This document shows positions 39,855 to 50,400 of a stretch of 64,000 nt of DNA, in pieces. The notes under the pieces were generated by a model. It saw only the letters and a program-made list of their open reading frames with translations. It was not told the origin of the DNA and ran no database searches. Both the position numbers and the translations under genes were made by a program. Origin of the DNA: Armatimonadota bacterium (lineage in GTDB: Bacteria; Armatimonadota; SYMT01). Location: positions 262,337 to 326,336 of the forward strand of contig JAWLHY010000006.1 of NCBI GenBank assembly GCA_041690135.1, written 5' to 3'. Position 1 is the stretch's first letter, and each line of letters opens with the position of its first letter.

Positions 39855-41117
39855 ATGGATCGGCGCTCGTTCCTTCACTCCCCGCATGCCGGGTTGGCAC
39901 CCGCCCTGCTGGTCTCAAGCCTGGGCGCTGTGCCTGCGCAGGCCAGGGAAACACCCGAATCCGTGTTCAGCGTCAAGAACCATGGCGCCAAAGGAACTGG
40001 AAGCGCAGATGACACGGCTGCCATCCAGGCGGCCATCGACGCCGCGAGTGCGGCGGGCGGGGGAATCGTTTTCTTTCCCAAGGGCGCGTACAAAACAACG
40101 GCCGGTCTCCGCTGCTCCGCCCATCACGTTTCGCTGGTGGGGGTGGGGCACGCATCCGCACTCCACCCCACCGGGAATTTTGACACGATCCGTTTTGCCG
40201 GCAAAGGGCACCTGTACGGAAACCGAGTGGAGGATCTGCTGCTTCAGGAGTCTGGAAAAACCGGCGGGCACGGCCTGGTGGGGGACCACGTGGCGCAATT
40301 CCACGCCATGCGCGTCTACGCCGGAACAGGCTGGAATGGCTGGCACTTCCATAACTTCAACAACGTCACCCTGGACCACTGCCGCTTCGAGAACTATCGC
40401 GGTGAATACTACGGTCGCGCCACCGGCGGAGGAGCAGGACCCGGCAAGGGGCGTAGCGACGTGCTCCGCCTGTTCAGCATCGTCTGCGGGGGTGCGCGTA
40501 AAGCCGGGATGATCGGGATCGACATCGACGGCTTCGTGCATACGGTCAACGGCTGGGGAGTGCACTTCGTGAGTATTGGGGCACAAGCTCTCCTGGCGCG
40601 GAACAGCCTGGGTGCCGAAAACCCACCCGCTTTCTTCACGTTCGACGATCTGGAGTGCGATTACCCAGGGATGGAGTGCATCCGCCTGGAAGACGGGATC
40701 CGCTTCTTCTTCAACAACGTGCAGGTGCACGGATCGCAGGGGGCCGCAAACATCTTTGTGGGCAGGAAAGCGCGCAGCGTCTCCTTTACGGGCGGCTTCT
40801 CCACCGGCGCCTGGGATGCCGGAATCTCTATTGGCGGCCATGACGTGGCCCTATCCGCCATGCACTTCAACACCAACAGCGCCGGCGCCCATAGCCGCCA
40901 CCCGGGGATCTTCGTGCGACAGTACGCGCGCGAAGTAACGATTACGGGATGTCGCTCCGGGGGCGAGGCTTCCGCGGGATGGCAGGCGGCAGGATGCCTG
41001 ATCGAGCAGGGTGCAGATGGTTTCGTCGTCACCGGGAATAACTTCCGGCATAATGTACGCGGCATTATCAACGGCGCGGGTTTCGGCCCCAGCCGGGTGG
41101 TGGCCAACAACGTCTGA
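39855..41117 (+). CDS. Tat-exported pectate_lyase_3 / GH28-like beta-helix protein
   Basis: MDRRSFL Tat motif; FSVKNHGAKGTGSADDTAAIQAAID..GGIVFFPKGAY. Confidence 0.85.
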   Translation: MDRRSFLHSPHAGLAPALLVSSLGAVPAQARETPESVFSVKNHGAKGTGSADDTAAIQAAIDAASAAGGGIVFFPKGAYKTTAGLRCSAHHVSLVGVGHASALHPTGNFDTIRFAGKGHLYGNRVEDLLLQESGKTGGHGLVGDHVAQFHAMRVYAGTGWNGWHFHNFNNVTLDHCRFENYRGEYYGRATGGGAGPGKGRSDVLRLFSIVCGGARKAGMIGIDIDGFVHTVNGWGVHFVSIGAQALLARNSLGAENPPAFFTFDDLECDYPGMECIRLEDGIRFFFNNVQVHGSQGAANIFVGRKARSVSFTGGFSTGAWDAGISIGGHDVALSAMHFNTNSAGAHSRHPGIFVRQYAREVTITGCRSGGEASAGWQAAGCLIEQGADGFVVTGNNFRHNVRGIINGAGFGPSRVVANNV

Positions 41118-41230
41118 GCCTGCCCGCACCAGCGCCCGACGCGGCATTGTTGAACCCAAGGGGCAGTGTAACGGCCCGTGTCCGAAACCCACCTGCAAGA
41201 ACTCTACCAATTTCTGAAAGAGATCGCTCC

Positions 41231-42928
41231 ATGCCGGCAGAGTTGAACGGCGTCATGTTCCAGGGGTTCCACTGGTTCCTGCAGCCCCAGCCGGCGGGCT
41301 TTCCCGGCAGCCAGGGGCGACGCCTCTGGGAGTTCCTGCGGGACGAAGCGGACCATTACCGCCGCATCGGCATCGACGCCGTCTGGATCCCGCCTCCCTA
41401 CAAGCCCGCGGGGAACCGCAGCAACACGGTGGGTTACGATGTCCTGGACCACTACGATCTCGGGGAGTTCACCGTCCACGGCGACCCCGGCCCCGCGACC
41501 AAGTACGGCACGAAGGACCAGCTCCACCAGGCGGTCCGCGCCCTCCACGGGGAGCACCGTGGCCGGCGGATTCAGGTCTACGCGGATGTCGTCCTGAACC
41601 ATAAGACAGGCGGCGCCCTGGACGATTACTGGCACGCCGTCCGCGTGGAGAAGGGAAACCGCAACCACGAACGTCGGGGCACCGGGTTCGAGGAGGGCGA
41701 GATCGAGATCCGCGCCTGGACCCGTTTCGATCACCCGGAACGCGGCGGCGCCCACTCCCGCTTCCAGTGGCGGGCGCGCCATTTCGACAGCGTGGATGCC
41801 GTCGACCGCATTCGCCAGCACGGGGCCGAGTTCAACGACCCGCACGACCGCTACATCTACCGGCTCCTCTTCAACGAGGCGGGTTATGTGCCCCAGGAGA
41901 AGCGGTTTGAGGACTGGACCTCCCTGGAGAAGGGCAATTACGACTACCTGACCGGCTGCGATTTCGACTACCGCCGCCACGACGTGCGGGAGGAGATGAA
42001 GGCCTGGGGCAGTTGGTTGGTCCGGGAGCTGGACCTGGACGGGGTGCGTCTCGATGCGGTGAAGCACATCAGCGCGGACTACCTCCGGGAGTGGCTGGGT
42101 CACGTCCGCTGGACTTCCGGCCGGCCCCTCTTCGCGGTGGCCGAGTACATCGCCGGCGGTACCGAAGAGCTCCACGGTTACCACAGCCGCGTCTCGGCCC
42201 ATGGCGAACACCCGCAGCCGGTCACCCTGTTCGATTTTCCGCTCCGGTTCAAGTTCGGGGACGCGAGCCGGCTGGGCGACCGCTACGACCTGCGAGAGCT
42301 GGACCGCGGCACGCTGATGGCGGAACAGCCGGCCCTGGCGGTCACCTTCGTGGAGAATCACGACTACGAGCATGGTCGAGAGAAGGACCCGCCCACCCAC
42401 GTCCGCGAGTGGTTCAAACCGCTCGCCTACGCCTACATCCTGCTGCGCCGGAACGGCTACCCCTGCGTCTTCTTCCCCGATTATTACGGCTCGGAGGACT
42501 GGGTCGAGCCGGACGGCGAGCTCTGGCACCGCGCGCAGAGGCCCGGCCGGGAGTACCTGGACCTCCTGCTCAAACTCCGCCGCCAGTTCGCCCTCGGCGA
42601 AGAGCGCTACTACGCGGACCGGAATGCCGCGGGATGGGTGCGGATGGGCTTCGTCCCCGGCGCGAAGAGCGCGATGTCCGTGGTGATCAACACCGCGCAC
42701 GATGCGGTGAAGTCGATACACATGAACACCGGCCGTTTCCACAAGCGCTTCTACCACCTCGCCACTATCCGCTGGACAGAGGGCGGCTTCCTGGTCGTCC
42801 GCAACCGCTACGACCGGTACGGGGACAAAGCGGAAGGTCTCACCACGGACGGAAACGGCTGGGCCGAATTCCCGGCCGACGGCGGCAGCGCGGCCATCTG
42901 GATCGAGGAGGGTGTCGGCCTGGACTGA
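41231..42928 (+). CDS. Alpha-amylase (GH13, liquefying/AmyA-like), no signal peptide
   Basis: VMFQGFHW, VWIPPPYK, GYD..D.YDLGEF, DVVLNH, RLDAVKH, AEY, FVENHD. Confidence 0.92.
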   Translation: MPAELNGVMFQGFHWFLQPQPAGFPGSQGRRLWEFLRDEADHYRRIGIDAVWIPPPYKPAGNRSNTVGYDVLDHYDLGEFTVHGDPGPATKYGTKDQLHQAVRALHGEHRGRRIQVYADVVLNHKTGGALDDYWHAVRVEKGNRNHERRGTGFEEGEIEIRAWTRFDHPERGGAHSRFQWRARHFDSVDAVDRIRQHGAEFNDPHDRYIYRLLFNEAGYVPQEKRFEDWTSLEKGNYDYLTGCDFDYRRHDVREEMKAWGSWLVRELDLDGVRLDAVKHISADYLREWLGHVRWTSGRPLFAVAEYIAGGTEELHGYHSRVSAHGEHPQPVTLFDFPLRFKFGDASRLGDRYDLRELDRGTLMAEQPALAVTFVENHDYEHGREKDPPTHVREWFKPLAYAYILLRRNGYPCVFFPDYYGSEDWVEPDGELWHRAQRPGREYLDLLLKLRRQFALGEERYYADRNAAGWVRMGFVPGAKSAMSVVINTAHDAVKSIHMNTGRFHKRFYHLATIRWTEGGFLVVRNRYDRYGDKAEGLTTDGNGWAEFPADGGSAAIWIEEGVGLD

Positions 42929-43082
42929 CCGGCAATCACCAGAAAGTTGGACGCACGGGAGAGGAACCGGGCAGCGGCGCTTCTTCTCTCCGTGCTCTCT
43001 GTGGTCGCCGTGGCGCCGCAGTCGACCTACGGCACCGTTGCTACCCTCCGGGACAAAGGGTGAGACGCAACCAGGGCCGGTG

Positions 43083-44213
43083 TTAATCCGGCTTTGGATC
43101 GGCGCGGTAGACCGCGAATCGGCCGTCTGCCAGGTAGGCCCCGAAAGCGACCTGCCCACCGTTGTTGAACGCCTCGCGTCCCGCGAATACCAGGTCCACC
43201 ACGGTGGAGCCATCCAGAGGATCTCCGGTGCGAATCACCGGGGTCAACACCTCACCCGTAGCCACGAAGATACTCTCCGAAAGTGCCTCCCCGTCCGGAT
43301 CGAGGCCGGCTAGAAAGGCGACCTGGCCACTGTCGTTGATCGCGGGTGGTTCGAACGTATCCAGCGGACCGGTATCGTCGGCCACGCGGCGCAGGCCCTT
43401 CTCGTCCCCCGCGAAGAGGACTTCGTTATCCGGAGCGCTGTCGAGCAACGCGACAAAGGCCACTTCCCCATTTTCGTTCAATGCAACCTCTCCGGAGACG
43501 CCCAGTCCGCCCGAGGCGCCGGGATACTCCGCGATCTGCGTAAATGCCCCGTCCTGCCAGCGGAACACCGCCTCGCTGCCTTTGCCGTACCACGCGGCGA
43601 ATGCCACCTGCCCCCGGTCGTTGATGGCGGGCTTGGGGTTACCGTTGATCAGGCCCTGCGACGCCCGGTATACCGTCGTGATTGCTCGCCCCTTCCCGAC
43701 GAAGAGGCCTTCGTCACCATTATCCAGATCCGCGCCAAAGGCGACCTGCCCCTGGGTGTTCACCTGGAGACCGAAAGTAAAGAACTCGAATGGATTACGC
43801 CGTGTGGAGGCCACTCGGGTGAGCCCACCGCCGCGGCCCCGCAAAATTTCCTCGTAATTCCCCAGCGAGGCCGGGAACGCCACGTCGCCACGATCATTGA
43901 TCGATAGGTCCCCAATTCCGTTGGGGAAGACTCTTCGCGCGATCACCCTTCGCCTGACACCGTCCGTCCGGACAATGGTGGTCAGCGTACGGACCCTCCC
44001 ATTTCCAAGCTCGCGTGTGGTCGTCAGGTAGGTGGCAGCCTGGCCCTGGTTATTCAGTACGGGATAACCGATGGACACATTTTCCGTTTCGCTCTGGGCA
44101 AGCCTGACAAACGTATAAGTCGGAGCTTCTCCCGTCTTGGCCGGACGTACGGACCCCACCATGGCAAGGGCCATGGGAAACACCAAGAATGTCGCTCGAC
44201 GGACCAGGATCAT
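43083..44213 (-). CDS. Secreted protein with tandem NxxGxVAF repeats
   Basis: LNNQGQAA, INDRGDVAF, VNTQGQVAF, INDRGQVAF, LNENGEVAF, INDSGQVAF, FNNGGQVAF; start codon uncertain. Confidence 0.82.
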   Translation of the reverse strand: MILVRRATFLVFPMALAMVGSVRPAKTGEAPTYTFVRLAQSETENVSIGYPVLNNQGQAATYLTTTRELGNGRVRTLTTIVRTDGVRRRVIARRVFPNGIGDLSINDRGDVAFPASLGNYEEILRGRGGGLTRVASTRRNPFEFFTFGLQVNTQGQVAFGADLDNGDEGLFVGKGRAITTVYRASQGLINGNPKPAINDRGQVAFAAWYGKGSEAVFRWQDGAFTQIAEYPGASGGLGVSGEVALNENGEVAFVALLDSAPDNEVLFAGDEKGLRRVADDTGPLDTFEPPAINDSGQVAFLAGLDPDGEALSESIFVATGEVLTPVIRTGDPLDGSTVVDLVFAGREAFNNGGQVAFGAYLADGRFAVYRADPKPD

Positions 44214-44627
44214 GGCTGCCTCTCTCCGTAACAGGTGCATGGATACAGGCACGATTAGTTCAGCAAAGCGCACTCTCCTGTGTGATTGTGCGGTTTGACT
44301 GCCCCGGGAACCCACGTGCGGAGCGGTGAGCGCAACACCTCTGTCAAGGGGGAGGCAGCCCTGGCATCCGGCCGTACAAAGCGTGTCCTGGACCCGGCTC
44401 CGTTGTAAGCGGATAGCGTACCACCGACGACCAGCAGCTCCACCTCCAGCCGCCCGACCCGAAGCAGGCGGTGGTCGTCACCGCTCCGAATTAAGAGGAA
44501 ACCGGCTCGGATCCAATCGGGGATCGGACAGGATAGGTCCGCTCCCCCGCCGAAGCTGGGACTTTGGGCCCAGGATGACGAAGTACCGGGCCGTTTATAA
44601 CAGTTAGCGTCAGGAGGGACCCCACGG

Positions 44628-45464
44628 GTGGCAAGGCAGAACCGAGAAGAGATCCTGGCCCGGCTCCGGGACAAGGCGGCGAGCGGTGAGGTGATCGTCG
44701 GCGGCGGCGCGGGCACCGGCATCAGCGCCAAGTGCGAGGAAGCGGGCGGCATCGACCTCATCGTCATCTACAACTCCGGCCGGTACCGCATGGCTGGCCG
44801 GGGCTCCCTCACGGGCATGATGCCCTACGGGAACGCCAACCAGATCGTGAAAGAGATGGCCTATGAGGTACTCACGGCGGTGAAGCACACCCCCGTGCTG
44901 GCCGGGGTCTGCGCCACGGACCCGTTCATGATCCAGGACAAATTCCTGCGGGACCTCCGGGAGATGGGCTTCGCGGGCATCCAGAACTTCCCCACGGTCG
45001 GCCTGATCGACGGCACCTTCCGCGCGAACCTGGAGGAGACCGGCATGGGCTATGCCCTGGAGGTAGAGTGCATCGCCGCGGCCCGGCGCCTGGACCTGCT
45101 CACCACCCCCTACGTCTTCGATCCCCAGCAAGCCCGCGACATGACAGAGGCCGGCGCGGACATCCTGGTGGCCCACATGGGTCTCACCACTTCGGGAAGC
45201 ATCGGCGCGCAGACGGCAAAGACGCTGGATGAGTGCGTGGTCGCCATCAACGAAATCGAGGCTGCGGCCCGGAGCGTGCGGCGCGACATCCTGGTGCTGT
45301 GCCACGGCGGCCCCATCGCCGAGCCGGAGGACGCCGCCTACGTGCTGGAGCGGTGCCCGGGGGTGTGCGGATTCTACGGCGCCAGTTCCATGGAACGCCT
45401 GCCGGCGGAACGGGCCATCACCGAACAGACCCGCAGCTTCACCCGGATCCGGCGTGGCAAGTAG
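44628..45464 (+). CDS. Phosphoenolpyruvate hydrolase-like / TIM-barrel signal transduction protein
   Basis: [62 protein letters not shown]. Confidence 0.93.
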   Translation: MARQNREEILARLRDKAASGEVIVGGGAGTGISAKCEEAGGIDLIVIYNSGRYRMAGRGSLTGMMPYGNANQIVKEMAYEVLTAVKHTPVLAGVCATDPFMIQDKFLRDLREMGFAGIQNFPTVGLIDGTFRANLEETGMGYALEVECIAAARRLDLLTTPYVFDPQQARDMTEAGADILVAHMGLTTSGSIGAQTAKTLDECVVAINEIEAAARSVRRDILVLCHGGPIAEPEDAAYVLERCPGVCGFYGASSMERLPAERAITEQTRSFTRIRRGK

Positions 45465-45494
45465 CCGTGTGAGGCGCGAGGGAGAAGAACGGAA

Positions 45495-46712
45495 ATGCCG
45501 AAGACCATCGCATTGATCGGCGCCCTGGACACCAAGGGGGCGGAGTACCGGTTCGTCCGGGACTGCATCGAGGCCCGCGGGCATCGCACGCTGCTCATCG
45601 ACGTCGGCGTTCTGGAACAGACGGACCTGGCCCCCGACGTCTCCCGTGAAGAAGTGGCCCAGGCCGCGGGCGCGGATCTCGCCGCCCTGGCTGAGAATCG
45701 GGACCGCGGCGAGGCCGTGGCGGCCATGAGCCGGGGAGCGGCGGTGGTGCTCCCGCGGCTGTACGCCGAGGGACACTTCGACGGCATCCTCGCGCTAGGC
45801 GGCTCCGGCGGCACCTCGGTGGCCTGTGCCGGTATGCGCTCGCTGCCGCTCGGCGTGCCCAAGGTCATGGTCTCCACCGTGGCCGGCGGCGACGTCTCCG
45901 GGTACGTCGGCGTCCAGGATATCGTCATGATCCCGGCGATCGTGGATGTGGCGGGGCTCAACCGGATCAGCCGCGGCGTTTTCGCTCGCGCCGCGGGAGC
46001 CGTCTGCGGGATGGTGGAAACGGACGTCCCCACGGCGCAGGACCGCCCACTCATCGCCGCCTCGATGTTCGGCAACACCACGCCGGCCGTGGAGCGAGCC
46101 CGCGCCCTCCTGGAAGAGAACGGGTACGAGGTGCTCGTCTTCCACTGCACCGGAACCGGGGGCCGGACCATGGAAGCGCTTATCGACTCCGGGCAGATCG
46201 CGGGCGTTCTCGATCTCACCACTACCGAATGGGCCGACGAGCTGGTGGGCGGCGTCTTTTCGGCGGGACCGTCCCGCCTCGAGGCGGCGGCGCGGCGCGG
46301 CGTGCCGGCGGTGGTTGCGCCGGGCTGCCTCGACATGGTCAACTTCTGGGCGCCGGATACGGTCCCCGCGAGGTTCACGGGCCGGACCTTCTACCCGCAC
46401 AACCCCAACGTGACCCTGATGCGGACCGACGTGGAAGAGAACCGCCGGCTGGGCGAGATCCTGGCCGGAAAGCTGAATGCCGGCTCCGGCCCCACCACCG
46501 TGCTCCTCCCCACTCGCGGCCTCAGTATGATCGATGCTCCCGGTGGGCCCTTCTGGTACCCCGAGGCGGATGGAGCCCTCTTCGAGAGCCTGAAATCCCA
46601 CCTGGAGCCCCACGTCTCCGTCATTGAGCTGGACTGCAACATCAACGATCCCCTCTTCGCGGAAACCAGTACGCGTGCTTTGCTGGATCAGATGTCGAAA
46701 GGGAGCGGGTAG
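45495..46712 (+). CDS. Tm-1-like ATP-binding protein (UPF0261)
   Basis: GALDTKG.E, GGSGGT, LPLGVPKVMVST, DVAGLN, MFGNTTP, FHCTGTGG, DMVNF. Confidence 0.93.
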   Translation: MPKTIALIGALDTKGAEYRFVRDCIEARGHRTLLIDVGVLEQTDLAPDVSREEVAQAAGADLAALAENRDRGEAVAAMSRGAAVVLPRLYAEGHFDGILALGGSGGTSVACAGMRSLPLGVPKVMVSTVAGGDVSGYVGVQDIVMIPAIVDVAGLNRISRGVFARAAGAVCGMVETDVPTAQDRPLIAASMFGNTTPAVERARALLEENGYEVLVFHCTGTGGRTMEALIDSGQIAGVLDLTTTEWADELVGGVFSAGPSRLEAAARRGVPAVVAPGCLDMVNFWAPDTVPARFTGRTFYPHNPNVTLMRTDVEENRRLGEILAGKLNAGSGPTTVLLPTRGLSMIDAPGGPFWYPEADGALFESLKSHLEPHVSVIELDCNINDPLFAETSTRALLDQMSKGSG

Positions 46713-46771
46713 AGGCGACTACTCAGCGGAGGTCACTCTCGACCGCCAGAATTTCCTACCGGAGAAACCCC

Positions 46772-47272
46772 ATGAAACTGAGTCGAAGCATCACCCCCTG
46801 CCTCTGGTTCGATGGCCGCGCCGAGGAAGCCGCCGCGTTCTACACCGGCATCTTCAGCAACTCCCGCATTGTCGCGGTCTCGCGGTTCAGCGAGGTCGGC
46901 AAGGAGTTCCATCAGCAGCCCGCCGGCGCGGTGATGACCGTCGTGTTCGAACTGGACGGGCAAGAGTTCACCGCTCTGAACGGCGGGCCCATGTTCCAGT
47001 TCACCGAGGCGATCTCGTTCCAGGTCCACTGCGACACCCAGGCAGAGCTGGACTACTTCTGGGAGAAGCTCTCCGAGGGCGGAGACCCGCGGGCCCAGCA
47101 ATGCGGCTGGCTCAAGGACCGGTTCGGCGTCTCCTGGCAGATCGTGCCCACGATCGTGGCGGAACTCTTCAAAAACCACGAGTCCGAAGGCTACCAGCGC
47201 GCCGCCGCGGCCATGTTCCAGATGCAAAAACTCGACATCGAGACACTGAAGCGCGCCTACGAAGGCGCTTGA
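46772..47272 (+). CDS. VOC family PhnB-like protein
   Basis: ITPCLWFD..AEEAAAFY, ALNGGP, QQCGWLKDRFGVSWQIVP. Confidence 0.93.
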   Translation: MKLSRSITPCLWFDGRAEEAAAFYTGIFSNSRIVAVSRFSEVGKEFHQQPAGAVMTVVFELDGQEFTALNGGPMFQFTEAISFQVHCDTQAELDYFWEKLSEGGDPRAQQCGWLKDRFGVSWQIVPTIVAELFKNHESEGYQRAAAAMFQMQKLDIETLKRAYEGA

Positions 47273-47343
47273 CAAAGATACCTACCGTTCAATTAGGCGC
47301 CTGTTCCGCGAATGTGTTCGACCTGTTGGGTGCGGATGTCGGT

Positions 47344-47398
47344 TTCCCAGCCGACGTAGGTCGGCTTCGCCATTTGTAGCCGCGAGTTCACTCGCCCA
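47344..47398. repeat. 55-bp REP-like element, copy 2 (inverted relative to 35938-35992)
   Basis: TTCCCAGCCGACGTAGGTCGGCTTCGCCATTTGTAGCCGCGAGTTCACTCGCCCA. Confidence 0.85.
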
Positions 47399-47487
47399 GC
47401 CGCACATGGCCGAGTCCAAAGGTACGTCTCATTCCTCATACCCCATCAACCTGCGGACTTGGGGATCGGCCCAAAGGAAAACTGCTC

Positions 47488-50400
47488 ATGAACCGGCAAT
47501 GGTGCCTGTTGTTCCTGTTCGCGGTGACGTGCGCGGCCTCCGCGGAGGCCGCGGTCCCGCCGCCCCGGCGCGACCTGGCGGAGGTCCGAGCCGTACTGGC
47601 CCGGGCCCCGCGGGTCCCGGTTCCGTCCGAGCTGCGCCCGCTCCGCGTGCTCCTGGTGGCCAACCGGAAGGACCACGGTCCGCACGAGCACGATTACCCC
47701 CGCTGGATGGAGCGGTGGAAAGTTTTGCTGGGAGGTGCGGGGAGCGGCAAGGGAACCGGAACCACGCCGGTGACCCTCTACGGCCCCACCTCCGACCTGT
47801 CGCGAAGTCCGCGACCGGGGGCCGCCCGGGTGACCGTGGAAACGGCGCGGGATTGGCCTACCGCCGAGCAACTCCGGCGCGCGGACCTCGTCGTCGCGTT
47901 CATGGGCACCGGCGGCATCTGGAACGAAGTCAAGCTCCGGGACCTGAAGGCGCTGCTCGACCGCGGCGCCGGGTTCGTCGCCCTCCACGCCGCCGTCATC
48001 GCGGAGAAGCCGCACGCCCGGCCGCTGGCGGAGCTGCTGGGCCTCGCCTGGGAGGGCGGCACCACCTTCTTCCGCCACGGCGCGCTGGACCTGAAGATTG
48101 CCGCGCCGGACCATCCCATCACGCGTGGGCTGCCCGAGCGGATCTACTTCGAGGACGAAAGCTACTGGCCGCTGGTGGGCGACGCCACGCGCGTCAACGT
48201 CCTGGCCACGGCCGAGGAGACGGCTCCGGGGACCGGACGGCTCCAGCCACAGCCGATGTTCTGGACCCATACGGTCGGCAAGGGGCGCGTCTTCAATTCC
48301 ATCCTGGGACATTACTCGTGGACCTTCGATGATCCGTACTTCCGGATTCTGGTCCTGCGGGGAATGGCCTGGGCCGCCGGGGAGTCCCCCTACCGCTTCG
48401 ACCCACTGGTACTCTCGGGGGCACGCACCACGGAAAAGAAACCCGTCGCAACCGAGGAGAAGCCGGCGACGGCGGCCCCCCTCGCGCCCGACGCCGCGGA
48501 CCCGAACCTTCTGCTCTGGCTCGATGCCTCGGACCGGGTCACGATGACCACCGGACCCAACGGCCGGGTCTCCGCCTGGAAGAGCAAGGCCACTCGCGTG
48601 CGGGCCACCCTCTCCACGGAAGGGCAGCACCAACCCCTCGCCGTGCCCCAGGCGTTGGGCGGCCGGCCCACCGTGCGGTTCGATGGTGTGGATGACGTGC
48701 TCCGTGAGAAGGCGTTCCGGCAGGCCGCCGGGGAGTGGACCGTCGCGCTGGTGGTCACCCCCCAATCTAACGCGGGAACTTTCCGGGCGCTGCTGGCGGC
48801 CAACCAGCCGGGGAAGGACGACTTCCAGACCGGTTTCAACATTGACTTCGGTGCCGGCGGCACCGGCGCTTTCAACACCCTCAACCTGGAGGGAATCAAG
48901 GGCGGAGGCGCCACCAATCTCCGTACGGATTCGGCACCGTTCGGGAGCGGCCACGTCCTGGTGCTCAGCACGGGCAGCGGCGGGAGCCGGCTTTGGGTGA
49001 ACGGTCACCAGGAGGAAGGCCGGGGCGCGTCGGATGCCGTTACGGTGATGGAGGAGTTGCGCCTGGGCGGACGGTTCTACTTCGGCCGGGAGACGGGCTA
49101 TTTCCACGGCGATGTCTCGGAGGTACTGATCTACCGGACACAGCTCACGGACGCCCAGCGCTCCGGACTCACCGCGCACCTGATGCAGAAGTACGGGCCG
49201 GATATCCGTCCGCCAGCCGTGGTTTCCCTGGATCCATGGGATTACCTGCCGACCTACGATTGGGGGTCCACCCGTCGTCCTCTGGCCCCCATTGACGAGG
49301 CCATCGCCCGGGTCCAGAAGGACTCGCGCACCCGCAAGGCGTTGGAGGCCCGACTGCTGGAAGTGTTGGCTGACCCCGCCAACACGGCGGCTTCCCGCGA
49401 CTTCGCGTGTAGGCGCCTGGCGATCATCGGGTCACCCGCGAGCGTACCGGTTCTGGCCGCCCTGCTCGGAGATCCCACGCTCGCCACGATGGCCTGCTTC
49501 GCCCTGGAGCGGATTCCCGGCGATAAAGCGGAACGGGTGCTGGTGGAGGCGTTGCCCCGCATGCCGGCGCGCCACCGGATCGAAGTGATCCAGGTCCTGG
49601 CGAACCGCCGGAGTCGGCGAGCCGTCCCGCACCTGGCCCGAGTTCTGCAACACCCCGATGCCGGCGTCCGCGGCGCCGCCGTCGCCGCGCTGGGGAATAT
49701 CGGAGGCACAGCGGCACTCACGGCTCTCACCACCGCGTTCGAGCAAGGAGCGTCGGCCGACCGGACGGTTCTGGCTGGCGCCCTGCTGCTGTGCGCGGAG
49801 CGATCCCAGGCGGAAGGACGCCAGGCGGAGGCCGACGCTCTCTATGAGCGCCTCCGGAAGGCGGACCTACCTCCCCACCTTCGCCGCTCGGCGGCTCGAG
49901 CATTGATCCTACTCCGGGGCGCCGAGGCGGCCCCGCTCCTGGTGGAGCAACTCCGAAGCGGCGACGAGCCCACGCGGACCGCCGCCCTGCTCCTGGTTCG
50001 GGAGGCGGGCGGGTCCTCCGGCACGCGCGGGGGCTGGATCGTCCCCGCGGTGGCTTCAGCTCTCGCCGGTCTTCCGCCGGAGGTCCAGGTCCCGACTCTC
50101 GGCGCCCTGGCCGACCGGGGCGATCCGGACGCAGCGCCTGCGGTCCGGACAGCTCTGCGGAGCAGCGTACCTGAAGTCCGTCTTGCGGCCCTGCGGGCTC
50201 TTGGGCGACTGGGAGATGTCTCGGACATTCCGGTACTGCTGGCTACGGCTGCCGCGGATATTCGGGATCAGACCGCCGCGGCCCGTGCCAGCCTGGCCGC
50301 CCTGTCGGGAAACGGGGTCGATGCGGCACTTCTCCGTGCGCTCGAGCAGGGAGAGCTAGCCGTCCGGGCTGCTGCCATCGAAGCACTCGGACGCCGCGGC

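Noticed and set aside
41204-43213. 669-aa minus-strand ORF
   Set aside because: Antisense to the well-supported alpha-amylase.
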